Shown one piece after another: positions 1 to 9,090 of a stretch of DNA of 64,000 nucleotides. Numbering within the stretch: position 1 is the first letter of the stretch; each line of letters opens with the position of its first letter. Under the pieces are notes generated by a model that saw only the letters and a program-made list of their open reading frames with translations, was not told where the DNA came from and did no database searches. The translations under genes and the position numbers were made by a program. The stretch is taken from contig JAQXJT010000014.1 in NCBI GenBank assembly GCA_029009095.1, positions 2,247-66,246 on the forward strand, read 5' to 3'. The stretch comes from a bacterium (GTDB lineage Bacteria; Bacillota; Clostridia; Oscillospirales; Oscillospiraceae).

Positions 1-423
1 TGGGTCTCAGTTTATAGATGTGATTATAATCCTATAGATATGACAGTTGGAATTACAGGGGATACGAGCATAGATTATCCTTCTACAAACGGAATGGGTG
101 TTCAGCATGGCTATTTTGATGGGAATAGTTATATAACGGATGGAACTGGTGGATTTGTTATGTGGGGACCATATTGTGTCACGGAAAACGGATCATATGA
201 TTTCATTTTAGATTATCAAATAATAGATGGAAGTACAGCAACATTTGATATAGCTATTGATAGCGGAACAATACAATTGGGGGCTAAAGAATTAACGAAG
301 CTAAATACTGAAGCTGTAATATCGGATGTTCAATTAGAGGATGGTCATACATTAGAATATAGAGTTATGTGCGAGGAAGGAACAAAAATTCAAATAAACA
401 AAGTAACAATTATGAAAAAATGA
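1..423 (+). CDS. hypothetical protein, C-terminal part (5' end lies outside the window); possible beta-sandwich or carbohydrate-binding-like domain
   Basis: Frame 1 is open from base 1 (WVSVYRCDYNPID precedes the listed Met at 40). AT-rich codon usage. No diagnostic motif recognised. Confidence 0.45.
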   Translation, partial: WVSVYRCDYNPIDMTVGITGDTSIDYPSTNGMGVQHGYFDGNSYITDGTGGFVMWGPYCVTENGSYDFILDYQIIDGSTATFDIAIDSGTIQLGAKELTKLNTEAVISDVQLEDGHTLEYRVMCEEGTKIQINKVTIMKK

Positions 424-629
424 AAAGAAAAATTGAAAGCAGTTTGGATGGTCTCTGAAAGCATAAATGAAATCTGCTCCGGAGTTCTTTGCTATCCGTA
501 AGAACGGGTAAGCATTTTCATAAAGAGTTTCAAGGATAATGGACGTGGCAGAAAAATTTAGGCACAAGTGTTAGAGAAATGCTTGACCACAACATGGTCT
601 TTATAAATTAAAGTAAGGGGATAAAACAA

Positions 630-1469
630 ATGAAAGATGTATTAAAACTGTTCCGTGTGAAGCATTATATCAAAAATCTATTAGTGTTTGTTCCGTTATT
701 TTTTGCTGGAGAGATCTTCAATATTTCATTAATGAAATACGCCATTGTGGGATTTGTTTGTTTTTGTTTAATCTCCTCGGCTGTGTATATTCTTAATGAT
801 ATTCAAGACATTGAAAAAGACAGGCTTCATCCCAAAAAGAAAAACAGACCCCTCGCAAGTGGAAGAATATCCATAAAGAAGGGAATTTTATTTTTTGCTG
901 GATGCATTCTGATTGCATTTTTAATATCTGGTTTTCAAATGAAATTATCCGGAGCGGCAGCTTTATTATTGTATTTTATACTTAATGTTGCATATAGTAT
1001 GGAGTTAAAAAATAAGCCAATTATAGATATCGTAATACTTGCATCAGGCTTTGTAATCAGAATCATTTACGGAGGATTGATAGTGGGTATCCCAATATCA
1101 AAATGGTTATATCTTGTTGTTGTAACGGGTTCGCTTTTCATGGGGTTAGGAAAGAGAAGAAATGAATTAACACAGCAGGGAAATACTCGTGAGGTGCTTA
1201 AATACTATTCTGAGTCGTTTCTTGATAAAAATATGTATGTTTGCTTTACTCTTGTAATTGTTTTTTACGCAATGTGGACACTTGACTCTGCAAATGCTAA
1301 AATGATTTGGACAGTACCAGCTCTGATTATTATTTTGATGAAATACAGTATGGACATTGAAGGGGACTCGGATGGGGATCCAGTGGATGTTCTTTTAAAT
1401 GATAGAATATTAGTTTTTTTGGTACTTCTGTATGCAGTCTGCATATTTTTTATGTTATATATGGTTTAG
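630..1469 (+). CDS. UbiA-family prenyltransferase, decaprenyl-phosphate phosphoribosyltransferase-like
   Basis: Polytopic membrane protein with the UbiA Asp-rich motif NDIQDIEKDRLHPKKKNRPLASG and a second motif region (GLGKRRNEL). GGGG RBS upstream. Confidence 0.8.
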   Translation: MKDVLKLFRVKHYIKNLLVFVPLFFAGEIFNISLMKYAIVGFVCFCLISSAVYILNDIQDIEKDRLHPKKKNRPLASGRISIKKGILFFAGCILIAFLISGFQMKLSGAAALLLYFILNVAYSMELKNKPIIDIVILASGFVIRIIYGGLIVGIPISKWLYLVVVTGSLFMGLGKRRNELTQQGNTREVLKYYSESFLDKNMYVCFTLVIVFYAMWTLDSANAKMIWTVPALIIILMKYSMDIEGDSDGDPVDVLLNDRILVFLVLLYAVCIFFMLYMV

Positions 1470-1478
1470 GAAATAAAT

Positions 1479-2045
1479 ATGAATGTATATGATTTTGATA
1501 AAACAATTTATGAAAAAGACAGTACAATAGATTTTTATTTGTATTGTATGAGGCATCATCCCATGATCATACTATGTTTACCTCATCAGATAATTTCCTT
1601 CCTTAAATACAAAATGAAAATGATTCATAAGACCCAATTTAAAAGCGATTTCTTTTGCTTCATGAAAAAATTGGATAATCCACAAGAGGATATCGTGAGA
1701 TTTTGGGATTTAAATCAGAAAAAAATTAAGCAGTGGTATATAAAGCAACAAAAACATGACGATGTAGTGATTTCTGCGTCCCCGGCTTTTTTATTGAAGG
1801 TAATTTGTGATCGCTTAGGCATAGAATTTCTGATTGCGTCGGAAGTAGATATTCATAGCGGAAGATTTATCGGAGAAAACTGTTATGGAACAGAAAAAGT
1901 AAATCGTTTTAAGCAGGTATTTAAAGAAGAACCGATTCACCAGTTTTATACCGATTCTTATTCAGACCTTCCCCTTGCGCAAATAGCGGAAGAGGCATTT
2001 ATTGTAAAAAAAGACCGTATTTTATGTTGGAAAAGTAAGAAATGA
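1479..2045 (+). CDS. HAD-IB family hydrolase/phosphatase
   Basis: HAD motif I at the N-terminus (VYDFDKTIY), motif II (VISAS), Lys (GTEKV), motif IV (YTDSYSDLPL). Starts 9 nt after the UbiA stop. Confidence 0.75.
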   Translation: MNVYDFDKTIYEKDSTIDFYLYCMRHHPMIILCLPHQIISFLKYKMKMIHKTQFKSDFFCFMKKLDNPQEDIVRFWDLNQKKIKQWYIKQQKHDDVVISASPAFLLKVICDRLGIEFLIASEVDIHSGRFIGENCYGTEKVNRFKQVFKEEPIHQFYTDSYSDLPLAQIAEEAFIVKKDRILCWKSKK

Positions 2046-2058
2046 GAAGGAAGTTAAA

Positions 2059-2489
2059 ATGGTAAGCAAAGAGAATTCTATAAAGTTTGTATTGTCAAGT
2101 TTTCTAAGTCTTTGGATATTGTTTATAGGAATAAAGACCATTCTGTGGACGCCTGTTCCTATGGGAGAATCTGATGACTATATGTTAACAACGGTATCTC
2201 TGCAGTATGAGCATAATTTGGGTTTGCATGAGGCTGATATTCTTAATTATGAGAAAAAGAACACGCCAGCTATTGATTGGGAGATGAAGACGAGGGCATA
2301 GCAATACAGATTACCTCGGATAAAACTGGAGAGAAAATTAAAGGCACAATTAATAAGTTCCTTGAAAAGAATCTTGATAAGAAATATTCTCGATTAATAG
2401 TTGTTCTTCTAGTGCAAAAACAAAATAGTTTGTTGATGCAAAGCAGAGGCGGTAACTATAATCGTGAAAAACTCCCATCATACTTTTAA
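2059..2489 (+). pseudogene. frameshifted and truncated gene remnant (membrane N-terminus joined to a SMEK-domain-like core)
   Basis: Two short overlapping ORFs (2059..2301 and 2277..2489). Restoring one T near 2278 gives the continuous reading ...NTPAIDLGDEDEGIAIQITSDKTGEKIKGTINKFLEKNLDKKYSRLIVVLL. The reading ends prematurely at the composition boundary. Confidence 0.45.
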
Positions 2490-2521
2490 TGTTCTAACGC
2501 CATTTTTGGGAGGAGGACAGG

Positions 2522-3376
2522 ATGAACACCATATGGTCGGATCACATTCAGGGGGTCATGACGCTCTATCTGAGCCGGAAGCTCCGCTTCCACGACCTTT
2601 TTTCCGGGCAGTACAAAGCACTCTTCTCTCTGGACGGGGGAAAAGATCTGAAGATCCTGGAGATCGGCTGCGGCCCGGGCGCTCTGGCCGGTGCTCTGCG
2701 CCGCTGGTATCCCCGCGCATCCATCACCGCCATCGACCGGGACAGCCGCTTCATCGATTTCGCACGGGCCAATGTGGAGGGCGTGGAGTTTCTGGAGGGG
2801 GACGCGGCGGCGCTGCCCTTTGAGGACGGCTCCGTGGATGTGACCATCTCCCACACGGTCTGCGAGCACGTCCCCCCTGACAGATTCTTCGCCGGGCAGC
2901 GGCGGGTGCTGAAGGAGGGGGGCGTATGTCTGGTGCTGTCGGCCCGGCGCGGCGTCCGCCACACGGCGGACTGTCTCGCCATGACAGAGGAGGAGCGGCG
3001 CTTCTGGGAGGAAGTGAGCGCCGGGGACGACACGCTGGAAAAGTACGGCGTGGGGAAGTACCACATGACCGAGCAGGAGCTGCCCCGCGTCATGGAAGCC
3101 TACGGTTTTTCCCGCGTGTCCACCGGCTACGCGGTGGCCGATCTGACGCCGGACGACCCCAAATACTCCCCCGCCATGGCCGGGGACATGATCAACGCCG
3201 GGCGGTACGGGCAGATCGAGGCGCTTCGCTCCACCCGCCGCGAACAGGCGTCCCAACTGATCGACCTGGTCAACCGGAAATACGATGAACGCCTGGCGCT
3301 GTACCGCAGCGGACAGAAGCAGTGGGACACCGAGACCTCCATCACGCTGGTCGTCCGGGGCGTGAAGGAAGGATAA
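2522..3376 (+). CDS. class I SAM-dependent methyltransferase
   Basis: Motif I ILEIGCGPGALAGAL and post-I/II region (ITAIDRD, EGDAAALPFEDGSVDV). GGAGGAGG RBS. Confidence 0.85.
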   Translation: MNTIWSDHIQGVMTLYLSRKLRFHDLFSGQYKALFSLDGGKDLKILEIGCGPGALAGALRRWYPRASITAIDRDSRFIDFARANVEGVEFLEGDAAALPFEDGSVDVTISHTVCEHVPPDRFFAGQRRVLKEGGVCLVLSARRGVRHTADCLAMTEEERRFWEEVSAGDDTLEKYGVGKYHMTEQELPRVMEAYGFSRVSTGYAVADLTPDDPKYSPAMAGDMINAGRYGQIEALRSTRREQASQLIDLVNRKYDERLALYRSGQKQWDTETSITLVVRGVKEG

Positions 3377-3386
3377 CGGAGGGAAC

Positions 3387-3833
3387 ATGGGCACGGAAAA
3401 GGTCGAACTCACCGTTTTGTGTCTCGTACACCGGGACGGATGGTATCTTTTGCAGGATCGGGTGAAGGAGGATTGGCGGGGCTACGCGCTCCCCGGCGGC
3501 CACATCGAACCGGGGGAGTCCATTGTGGACGCCGTCATCCGGGAGATGAAGGAGGAGAGCGGCCTGACGGTTCTTCATCCCCGGCTGTGCGGGGTGAAGC
3601 AGTTCCCCATCGAGGGAGGACGGTATCTGGTCTTTCTCTTCGAGGCGCACGAATTCGAGGGGGAACTGTGCAGCTCTGAGGAAGGACAGATGCACTGGCT
3701 GCGGCGGGAGGAACTGGCAAGCGTCCCGCTGGTGCCGGACTTTGCGGAGCTGCTGCGGGTGATGCTGGACGAGAGCCTGACGGAGTTTCAGTATGTTGTG
3801 GAGGGCGGGGGCTGGCAGGCCATTACGAAATAG
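3387..3833 (+). CDS. NUDIX hydrolase
   Basis: Nudix box GGHIEPGESIVDAVIREMKEESGL. Confidence 0.85.
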   Translation: MGTEKVELTVLCLVHRDGWYLLQDRVKEDWRGYALPGGHIEPGESIVDAVIREMKEESGLTVLHPRLCGVKQFPIEGGRYLVFLFEAHEFEGELCSSEEGQMHWLRREELASVPLVPDFAELLRVMLDESLTEFQYVVEGGGWQAITK

Positions 3834-3843
3834 TCCGCCCCGG

Positions 3844-3874
3844 AAAAGCCGCCCCGGGCGGTTTTTCCCTTTTT
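3844..3874 (+). terminator. rho-independent terminator after the NUDIX gene
   Basis: aaaagccgcc-ccg-ggcggttttt stem-loop followed by ccctttttc. Confidence 0.55.
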
Positions 3875-3951
3875 CAACCATCCGGCGCTTTTCTCCGCCT
3901 CTCCGCCGTGGTATAATGCTCCCGTAACTGCACGAAAAGGAGGCGGCGTTC

Positions 3952-4329
3952 ATGCCGACAGGCGACGAGCTGCTGTTTTTCAACGCCCACCCGGGCTTGC
4001 TCCCGCTCTACGAGGCGCTGCGCGGGAAGATCCTCGCGGCCCAGCCCGATGCGAGCGTCCGCATCTCCAAAACCCAGATCTCCTTCCGCAGCCGCTATAT
4101 CTTCGCCATGGTCTCCCTGCCCGTGCACCGGAGGAAGGGCTGGCCGGAGGAATACCTGCTCTTCTCCTTCGCTCTGGGCCGCCGCCTGGACTCCCCCCGC
4201 GTGGCGCAGGCGGTGGAACCCTATCCCAACCGCTGGACCCACCACGTCCTCCTCACGGAGCCGGGGCAGCTGGACGGGGAGTGGATGGGCTGGGTGGAGG
4301 AAGCCTGGCGCTTTTCCATGACAAAGTAA
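3952..4329 (+). CDS. small conserved hypothetical protein (DUF5655-like)
   Basis: AAGGAGG RBS. Pattern VRISKTQISFRSRYIFAMV...LLFSFAL resembles the DUF5655 family (from memory). Confidence 0.5.
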   Translation: MPTGDELLFFNAHPGLLPLYEALRGKILAAQPDASVRISKTQISFRSRYIFAMVSLPVHRRKGWPEEYLLFSFALGRRLDSPRVAQAVEPYPNRWTHHVLLTEPGQLDGEWMGWVEEAWRFSMTK

Positions 4330-4344
4330 AGGAGGTGCTTCCCC

Positions 4345-4989
4345 GTGGCTTTTGATTACAAGAAAGAGTACAAAGAGTTTTACCTGCCCGGGTCGAAGCC
4401 CGGGCTGGTCACCGTCCCGGCCATGAACTATCTGGCCGTCCGGGGCCTGGGCGACCCCAACGAGGAGGGCGGTGCGTACAAGGCGGCCATCTCCCTGCTC
4501 TACGGCGTGGCATACACCATCAAAATGAGCAAAAAGGGCGACCACCGGATCGAGGGCTACTTCGACTATGTGGTGCCGCCGCTGGAGGGCTTCTGGTTTC
4601 AGGAGGGCGGCGCGGGCTTCGATTGCACGCGCAAGGACGATTTCCACTGGATCTCCGTGATCCGCCTGCCGGACTTCGTCAGCCGGGAGGACTTCCGCTG
4701 GGCCGTCGAGGAGGCCACGCGGAAGAAAAAGCAGGACTTCTCCCCCGTGGAGTTCCTTACGGTGGAGGAGGGGCTGTGCGTGCAGATGCTGCACCATGGC
4801 TCCTTTGACAGCGAGGCGGCCAGCATAGCGCGGATGGACGCCTTTTTGGAGGAACAGGGCTACGAAAACGACTTCTCCCCCACCCGGCTCCACCACGAGA
4901 TCTACCTCTCCGACGCCGCCAGGGTCCCGGTGGAAAAGTGGAAAACGGTGATCCGCCACCCCATCCGGAAAAAGGAGGCGCGGCCATGA
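4345..4989 (+). CDS. GyrI-like small-molecule-binding domain protein
   Basis: GTG start 9 nt after AAGGAGG. N-terminus FDYKKEYKEFYLPGSKPGLVTVPAMNYLAVRG is typical of GyrI-like/SOUL-type proteins. Confidence 0.6.
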   Translation: MAFDYKKEYKEFYLPGSKPGLVTVPAMNYLAVRGLGDPNEEGGAYKAAISLLYGVAYTIKMSKKGDHRIEGYFDYVVPPLEGFWFQEGGAGFDCTRKDDFHWISVIRLPDFVSREDFRWAVEEATRKKKQDFSPVEFLTVEEGLCVQMLHHGSFDSEAASIARMDAFLEEQGYENDFSPTRLHHEIYLSDAARVPVEKWKTVIRHPIRKKEARP

Positions 4990-5594
4990 AAAAAGCGGTC
5001 CTCTATGTCCACGGCAAGGGCGGCAGCCCGCGGGAGGCGGAACAGTACGCGGAAAACTGCCCGGGCTTCGATCTCTATGGCGTGGACTACGGCCCCTCTT
5101 TCCCCTGGAGCGCGGAGGCGCCCATCCGGGCAGATCTCGAGCGCCTTCAGCGGCGGTATGAGCGTGTGGTGCTGATCGGCAACAGCATCGGCGCGTACTT
5201 CGCCATGAACGCCCTGCAGGGGCAGGCGCTGGCGCGCGCCCTCTTCATCTCCCCCATTCTCAATATGGAGCGGCTCATTCTGGATATGCTGGGCTGGGCC
5301 GGGGCCACGGAGGAGGAGCTGCAGCGCAGGGGCGAGATCGTCACGGACTTCGGCGAGACCCTCTCCTGGGCATATCTGCGCTATGTCCGCTCGCACCCCA
5401 TCCAATGGGATGTCCCCACGGACATCCTCTACGCGGGGCGGGACAACCTGACCTCCCGGGAGACGGCGGAGGACTTCGCCCGGCGCCACGGCGCCAGCCT
5501 CACCGTTATGGAAGAGGGGGAGCACTGGTTCCACACGCCCCGGCAGCTCGCGTTCCTCAACGGGTGGATGCGCGATGTCATGGCCGGGCTGTGA
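4986..5594 (+). CDS. alpha/beta hydrolase
   Basis: Internal ATG (MKKAVLYVHGKGG) with a GGAGG RBS and an ATGA overlap with the preceding stop. Nucleophile elbow GNSIG. Confidence 0.75.
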   Translation: MKKAVLYVHGKGGSPREAEQYAENCPGFDLYGVDYGPSFPWSAEAPIRADLERLQRRYERVVLIGNSIGAYFAMNALQGQALARALFISPILNMERLILDMLGWAGATEEELQRRGEIVTDFGETLSWAYLRYVRSHPIQWDVPTDILYAGRDNLTSRETAEDFARRHGASLTVMEEGEHWFHTPRQLAFLNGWMRDVMAGL

Positions 5595-5628
5595 GCCGCC
5601 CTTTCCATCGAAGAAAGGAGCGCGAGCC

Positions 5629-6147
5629 ATGAAAACACTCTATCTGGTGGGCGGCACGATGGGCGTGGGCAAGACCACGGCCTGTCAGGAGCTGAAAAAG
5701 CTGCTGCCCCACAGCGTCTTTCTGGACGGGGACTGGTGCTGGGACGCCGACCCCTTTGTGGTAACGGAGGAGACCATGGCCATGGTGCGGCAGAACATCT
5801 GCTTTCTCCTGAACCAGTTCCTCCGCTGCTCGGTCTACGAAAATGTGATCTTCTGCTGGGTGATGCACCAGCAGGAGATCATCGACTCCCTCCTCGCGGA
5901 GCTGGACCGGAGCCGCTGCGCCGTCCGGGCGATCTCCCTCGTTTGTACGGAGGACACTTTGCGGCAGCGGCTGGGCGGGGATGTGGCCGCCGGAAGGCGG
6001 ACAGCGGATGTGATCGAACGGAGCGTGGCGCGTCTCCCCCTTTACGGCGCTCTGCGCACCCTCCGCGTCCCCACCGACGGCAAAAGCCCCAGGGAGGTGG
6101 CCGAGTCCCTGGCCGCGCTGGGCAAAGCGCCTCCCACCGCCCCCTGA
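5629..6147 (+). CDS. P-loop NTPase / AAA-type kinase-like protein
   Basis: Walker A GGTMGVGKTT near the N-terminus. AAAGGAG RBS before ATG 5629. Confidence 0.7.
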   Translation: MKTLYLVGGTMGVGKTTACQELKKLLPHSVFLDGDWCWDADPFVVTEETMAMVRQNICFLLNQFLRCSVYENVIFCWVMHQQEIIDSLLAELDRSRCAVRAISLVCTEDTLRQRLGGDVAAGRRTADVIERSVARLPLYGALRTLRVPTDGKSPREVAESLAALGKAPPTAP

Positions 6148-6161
6148 GCGGCGCATACAAA

Positions 6162-6198
6162 GACCGCCCCGCCATCCGGATCCGGATGGCGGGGCGTC
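6162..6198. terminator. bidirectional stem-loop between convergent genes
   Basis: Near-perfect palindrome gaccgccccgccatccgga/tccggatggcggggcgtc centred at 6180/6181. Confidence 0.55.
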
Positions 6199-6222
6199 CG
6201 CTGTTTCTTCTTACGATTCATC

Positions 6223-7893
6223 TCAACCCCAGGGGCGCGTGGGTCCTTTGGCCTCTGTGGAGAGCACGAGCTGGTCATAGTATTCGTACCAGACCTCCTG
6301 TCCCTCTTCCAGTCCCGAGAGGATCTCCGCCCATTCTCCGTCGCTCCAGCCCACGCTCACCCGGACGGCGCCGGTGAATTCCCCGGTCTTTTCCTCGTAG
6401 CCGGTGTAGGCCACCGTGCTCTTTCCCTCGTCCGTCAGCGCGGCCACCGGGAGGACGAGCACGTTCTCCCGCCGCTCGAGAACAAATGTCCCGGAGACAT
6501 TCATGCCCGGAAGCATCCCCTCGGCGTAGGGAAGGGTGAGGGTCACGGCGAATTTGCTGCTGCCGCCGTTGTTGGAGCCAAATTTGGAGAGAGAGGTGAC
6601 CGTGCCGGTGAAGCTCCGCCCGGGCAGGGCGTCCACGGTGAGGAGGGCCGTCATACCCTCGTGAAGCTCCCCGATGTCCTGCTCGTCGATGGCCATGGCG
6701 ACGCTCATCTCGGCCACGGGCACCACGGTGCAGAGCACGGTGTCGGCGGCGGTGTCACTCTGCTGTCCGGACTGCTGCGAGCCGCTGCCCGCGCCGTTCC
6801 CCAGGCTGCCGCTCCAGCCGCCGGCTCCGCCCTGGCCGCCGGCGCCGCCCTGGCCCGCTTCGCCCTCACCGGGCGTTTCTCCGGGAATGGGCGAGGGGCT
6901 GGGCGAGGGGGTGGGATCCCAGTCCGCGGCGCGGCCCAGTTTCACCACCCACACGATGCTGCCGCCCGCGTCGTAGGTGAAGAGCAGTATATCCCCGCTC
7001 TCGGCCCCCGCGGCGGCGCTCCACTCCTCTCCCTGCCGCGCGAACATGGGCGCCCCGCCGGGATAGGTGCCCCGGGCGGTCATGGCGTCCAGAGAGGCGT
7101 CCACGGCGGAGAGGTCGGCAAAGTCCCCAATGGCGAGGGGGTTGGGGTTCATGCGCATCTCCATGGCTCCGTCCACCACGCTGTCCACCACGCCCACGAA
7201 ACTTAGATAGCTCTCCCCATCGTCCCCGTAGGGGGTGTTGCTGGCCAGCAGCGTCACCCGGGCGGAGGAGGCGGAGGAGGCGAGGGACTGCACCACGCTC
7301 CTGTCCAGCCCGTCCACCAGTCCCGCCTCAGGGGCGGTGACGGCGCCGTTATAGTAGAGCCGGAACAGCTCCAGCAGCGTCTCCTCGCAGTTGCGGTGCC
7401 GCTCGGCCAGGGTCATGTACTCGGCGTAGTCTCCGTAAGCGTCGCCTGAGAGCTCCCGGCCGTTGACACAGACCTTGCCGTTTTCATCGGCTGTGAGAGG
7501 CCCGGGGGTCACGGCGATGGCGTTCATGCTCTCGCGGATGTCCTCCAGCGTCTGCTGCGTCTCCCGCACGGCGGACATGACGGACACCCGGTCCACCGCG
7601 GCCAGCGCGTCGCCTTTTTCCACCATGTCCCCGTTGTGCGCCAGCAGCTCCGTGATCTTCACGCCGGAGGGCACGGTGACGCTGCTGGCCTCGCCGCCGC
7701 TGAGGGCCCCGCCGCTGCGGAGGGTTCGCTCCATGTCCCGGCGCTCCACGGCGCATTGGAGGACGCTGGGGAGAATCTCGCCGTCCTCCTCGGGCTGCTC
7801 CGTTCCCGGCAGGGTGAGCAGCAGCGCCGCGACCAGCGCCAGCGCCACGGCGCCCGCCCATTTCCCGATGGTTCCTTTTCTGGTTTTCTCCAT
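6223..7893 (-). CDS. HlyD/MacA-family membrane-fusion (adaptor) protein, paralog 2
   Basis: N-terminal TM anchor, lipoyl-like motifs (GDMVEKGDALAAVD), and a C-terminal beta-barrel/MP region (LPGMNVSGTFVLERRENVLVLPVAAL). Internal P/S/G-rich low-complexity linker. Confidence 0.75.
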   Translation of the reverse strand: MEKTRKGTIGKWAGAVALALVAALLLTLPGTEQPEEDGEILPSVLQCAVERRDMERTLRSGGALSGGEASSVTVPSGVKITELLAHNGDMVEKGDALAAVDRVSVMSAVRETQQTLEDIRESMNAIAVTPGPLTADENGKVCVNGRELSGDAYGDYAEYMTLAERHRNCEETLLELFRLYYNGAVTAPEAGLVDGLDRSVVQSLASSASSARVTLLASNTPYGDDGESYLSFVGVVDSVVDGAMEMRMNPNPLAIGDFADLSAVDASLDAMTARGTYPGGAPMFARQGEEWSAAAGAESGDILLFTYDAGGSIVWVVKLGRAADWDPTPSPSPSPIPGETPGEGEAGQGGAGGQGGAGGWSGSLGNGAGSGSQQSGQQSDTAADTVLCTVVPVAEMSVAMAIDEQDIGELHEGMTALLTVDALPGRSFTGTVTSLSKFGSNNGGSSKFAVTLTLPYAEGMLPGMNVSGTFVLERRENVLVLPVAALTDEGKSTVAYTGYEEKTGEFTGAVRVSVGWSDGEWAEILSGLEEGQEVWYEYYDQLVLSTEAKGPTRPWG

Positions 7894-7896
7894 GTC

Positions 7897-9090
7897 TCAA
7901 CCTCCGTAATGCAGCGCGTCGATGGGCTTCATCTTGGCAGCCTTGTTGGCCGGGTAGAGTCCGAAGATCACGCCGATCATAAAGCAGAAGATCACCGACA
8001 CCCATACCACGCCGCCGTTCAGTTCAAAGCGCAGACTCAGCCCGGACACCGCCGCGGACACCAGACGGAGGATGCTCCAGGAGCAGAAAATGCCCAGCGC
8101 GCAGCCCAGCATACACAGCACCACGGCCTCCATGAGAAACTGCATGAGGATGCTGCCCCGGCTGGCGCCGATGGCCTTGCGTATGCCGATCTCCCGGGTG
8201 CGCTCCGTGACCGTGACCAGCATGATGTTCATAATGCCGATGCCGCCCACGATCAGCGAGATGGCGGCGATGCCGCCCAGCAGGATGGTGAGCACGGAGG
8301 TGATGCTGCTCATGGCGTCCTCCAGCACATTCTGGGAGGAGAGATCAAAGGCGTCCTCGTCCCCGTCAAAGCGCTCCATCAGCAGTTCCTGCATCCGCGT
8401 CTCGGCGTCTTCCAGCGTCCGACCCTCCGCCGCTCCCACGCTGAAGCTGCCGATCTCCCGGCTCACGCTGTCACTGAGGCGGATGAGGGAGGTATAGGGG
8501 ATGTAGGCCACCTTGCTGTTGGAGGTGAACACCGCCGTCAGGGAGTCGTCATTGTTGCCGAGCACCCCCACCACGGTGTACTTCACCCCGTTGAGAGAGA
8601 TCTCCTCCCCCACGCAGTCGGTGTAGCCCACAAGCTCCTCGGCAGCGGTCTCGTTGACCACGCACACATAGCTGCCGTTATCCAGATCGGCGCTGCGCAG
8701 CCAGCGGCCCATGGACATCGTCAGCCCCTCCACCTGGAAGTAGGCGGGGGTGACCCCGTAGAGGGTCATGGTGGCGTTGCTGCCGCCGTACTTGCCCACC
8801 GCCGTGGCGGCGGTGCTGGCGGCGATGGGCCCCAGCTCGCCGTACTGTTCCTCCCAGTCCGAGAGGGTCGCCAGATCCAGCGGCTTGCCCTTGCTGTCGG
8901 AGACGGTGACGGTGAGCATACTGCTGCCCAGCCCCGAGACCGCGTCCGTCACGGAGCTGGTGGCCCCGTTGACCAGACTCACCAGCACCACCAGCGCCAT
9001 CACGCCGATGATGATGCCCAGCATGGTGAGCGCCGCGCGCATCCGGTTGCCGGAGATGCTGCGCAGGGCCATTTTGAAAGATTGGATCAT
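7897..9090 (-). CDS. MacB-type ABC transporter permease (FtsX-like)
   Basis: MacB_PCD-type extracytoplasmic domain between TM1 and TM2. C-terminal FtsX motif (RTREIGIRKAIGASRGSI). Confidence 0.85.
   Translation of the reverse strand: MIQSFKMALRSISGNRMRAALTMLGIIIGVMALVVLVSLVNGATSSVTDAVSGLGSSMLTVTVSDSKGKPLDLATLSDWEEQYGELGPIAASTAATAVGKYGGSNATMTLYGVTPAYFQVEGLTMSMGRWLRSADLDNGSYVCVVNETAAEELVGYTDCVGEEISLNGVKYTVVGVLGNNDDSLTAVFTSNSKVAYIPYTSLIRLSDSVSREIGSFSVGAAEGRTLEDAETRMQELLMERFDGDEDAFDLSSQNVLEDAMSSITSVLTILLGGIAAISLIVGGIGIMNIMLVTVTERTREIGIRKAIGASRGSILMQFLMEAVVLCMLGCALGIFCSWSILRLVSAAVSGLSLRFELNGGVVWVSVIFCFMIGVIFGLYPANKAAKMKPIDALHYGG

Larger units (their letters stand above)
1..2500. other. AT-rich foreign segment (compositional island) running off the left edge of the window
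   Basis: By eye about one-third G+C, against about two-thirds for the rest of the window. Codon usage is A/T-ending. The switch occurs between ~2490 and ~2520. The segment contains truncated or frameshifted gene pieces. Confidence 0.8.

Noticed and set aside
352-567. 71-aa minus-strand ORF in the AT-rich spacer
   Set aside because: It overlaps the end of the plus-strand ORF and has neither an RBS nor a recognisable motif. It may be a fragment of something, but the call is unsupported.
6780-6900. G+C-rich repetitive nucleotide stretch that could look like a repeat array
   Set aside because: It encodes the P/S/G/Q low-complexity linker of the adaptor protein, in frame. It has no regular repeat-spacer structure. 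No CRISPR array was seen anywhere in the window.
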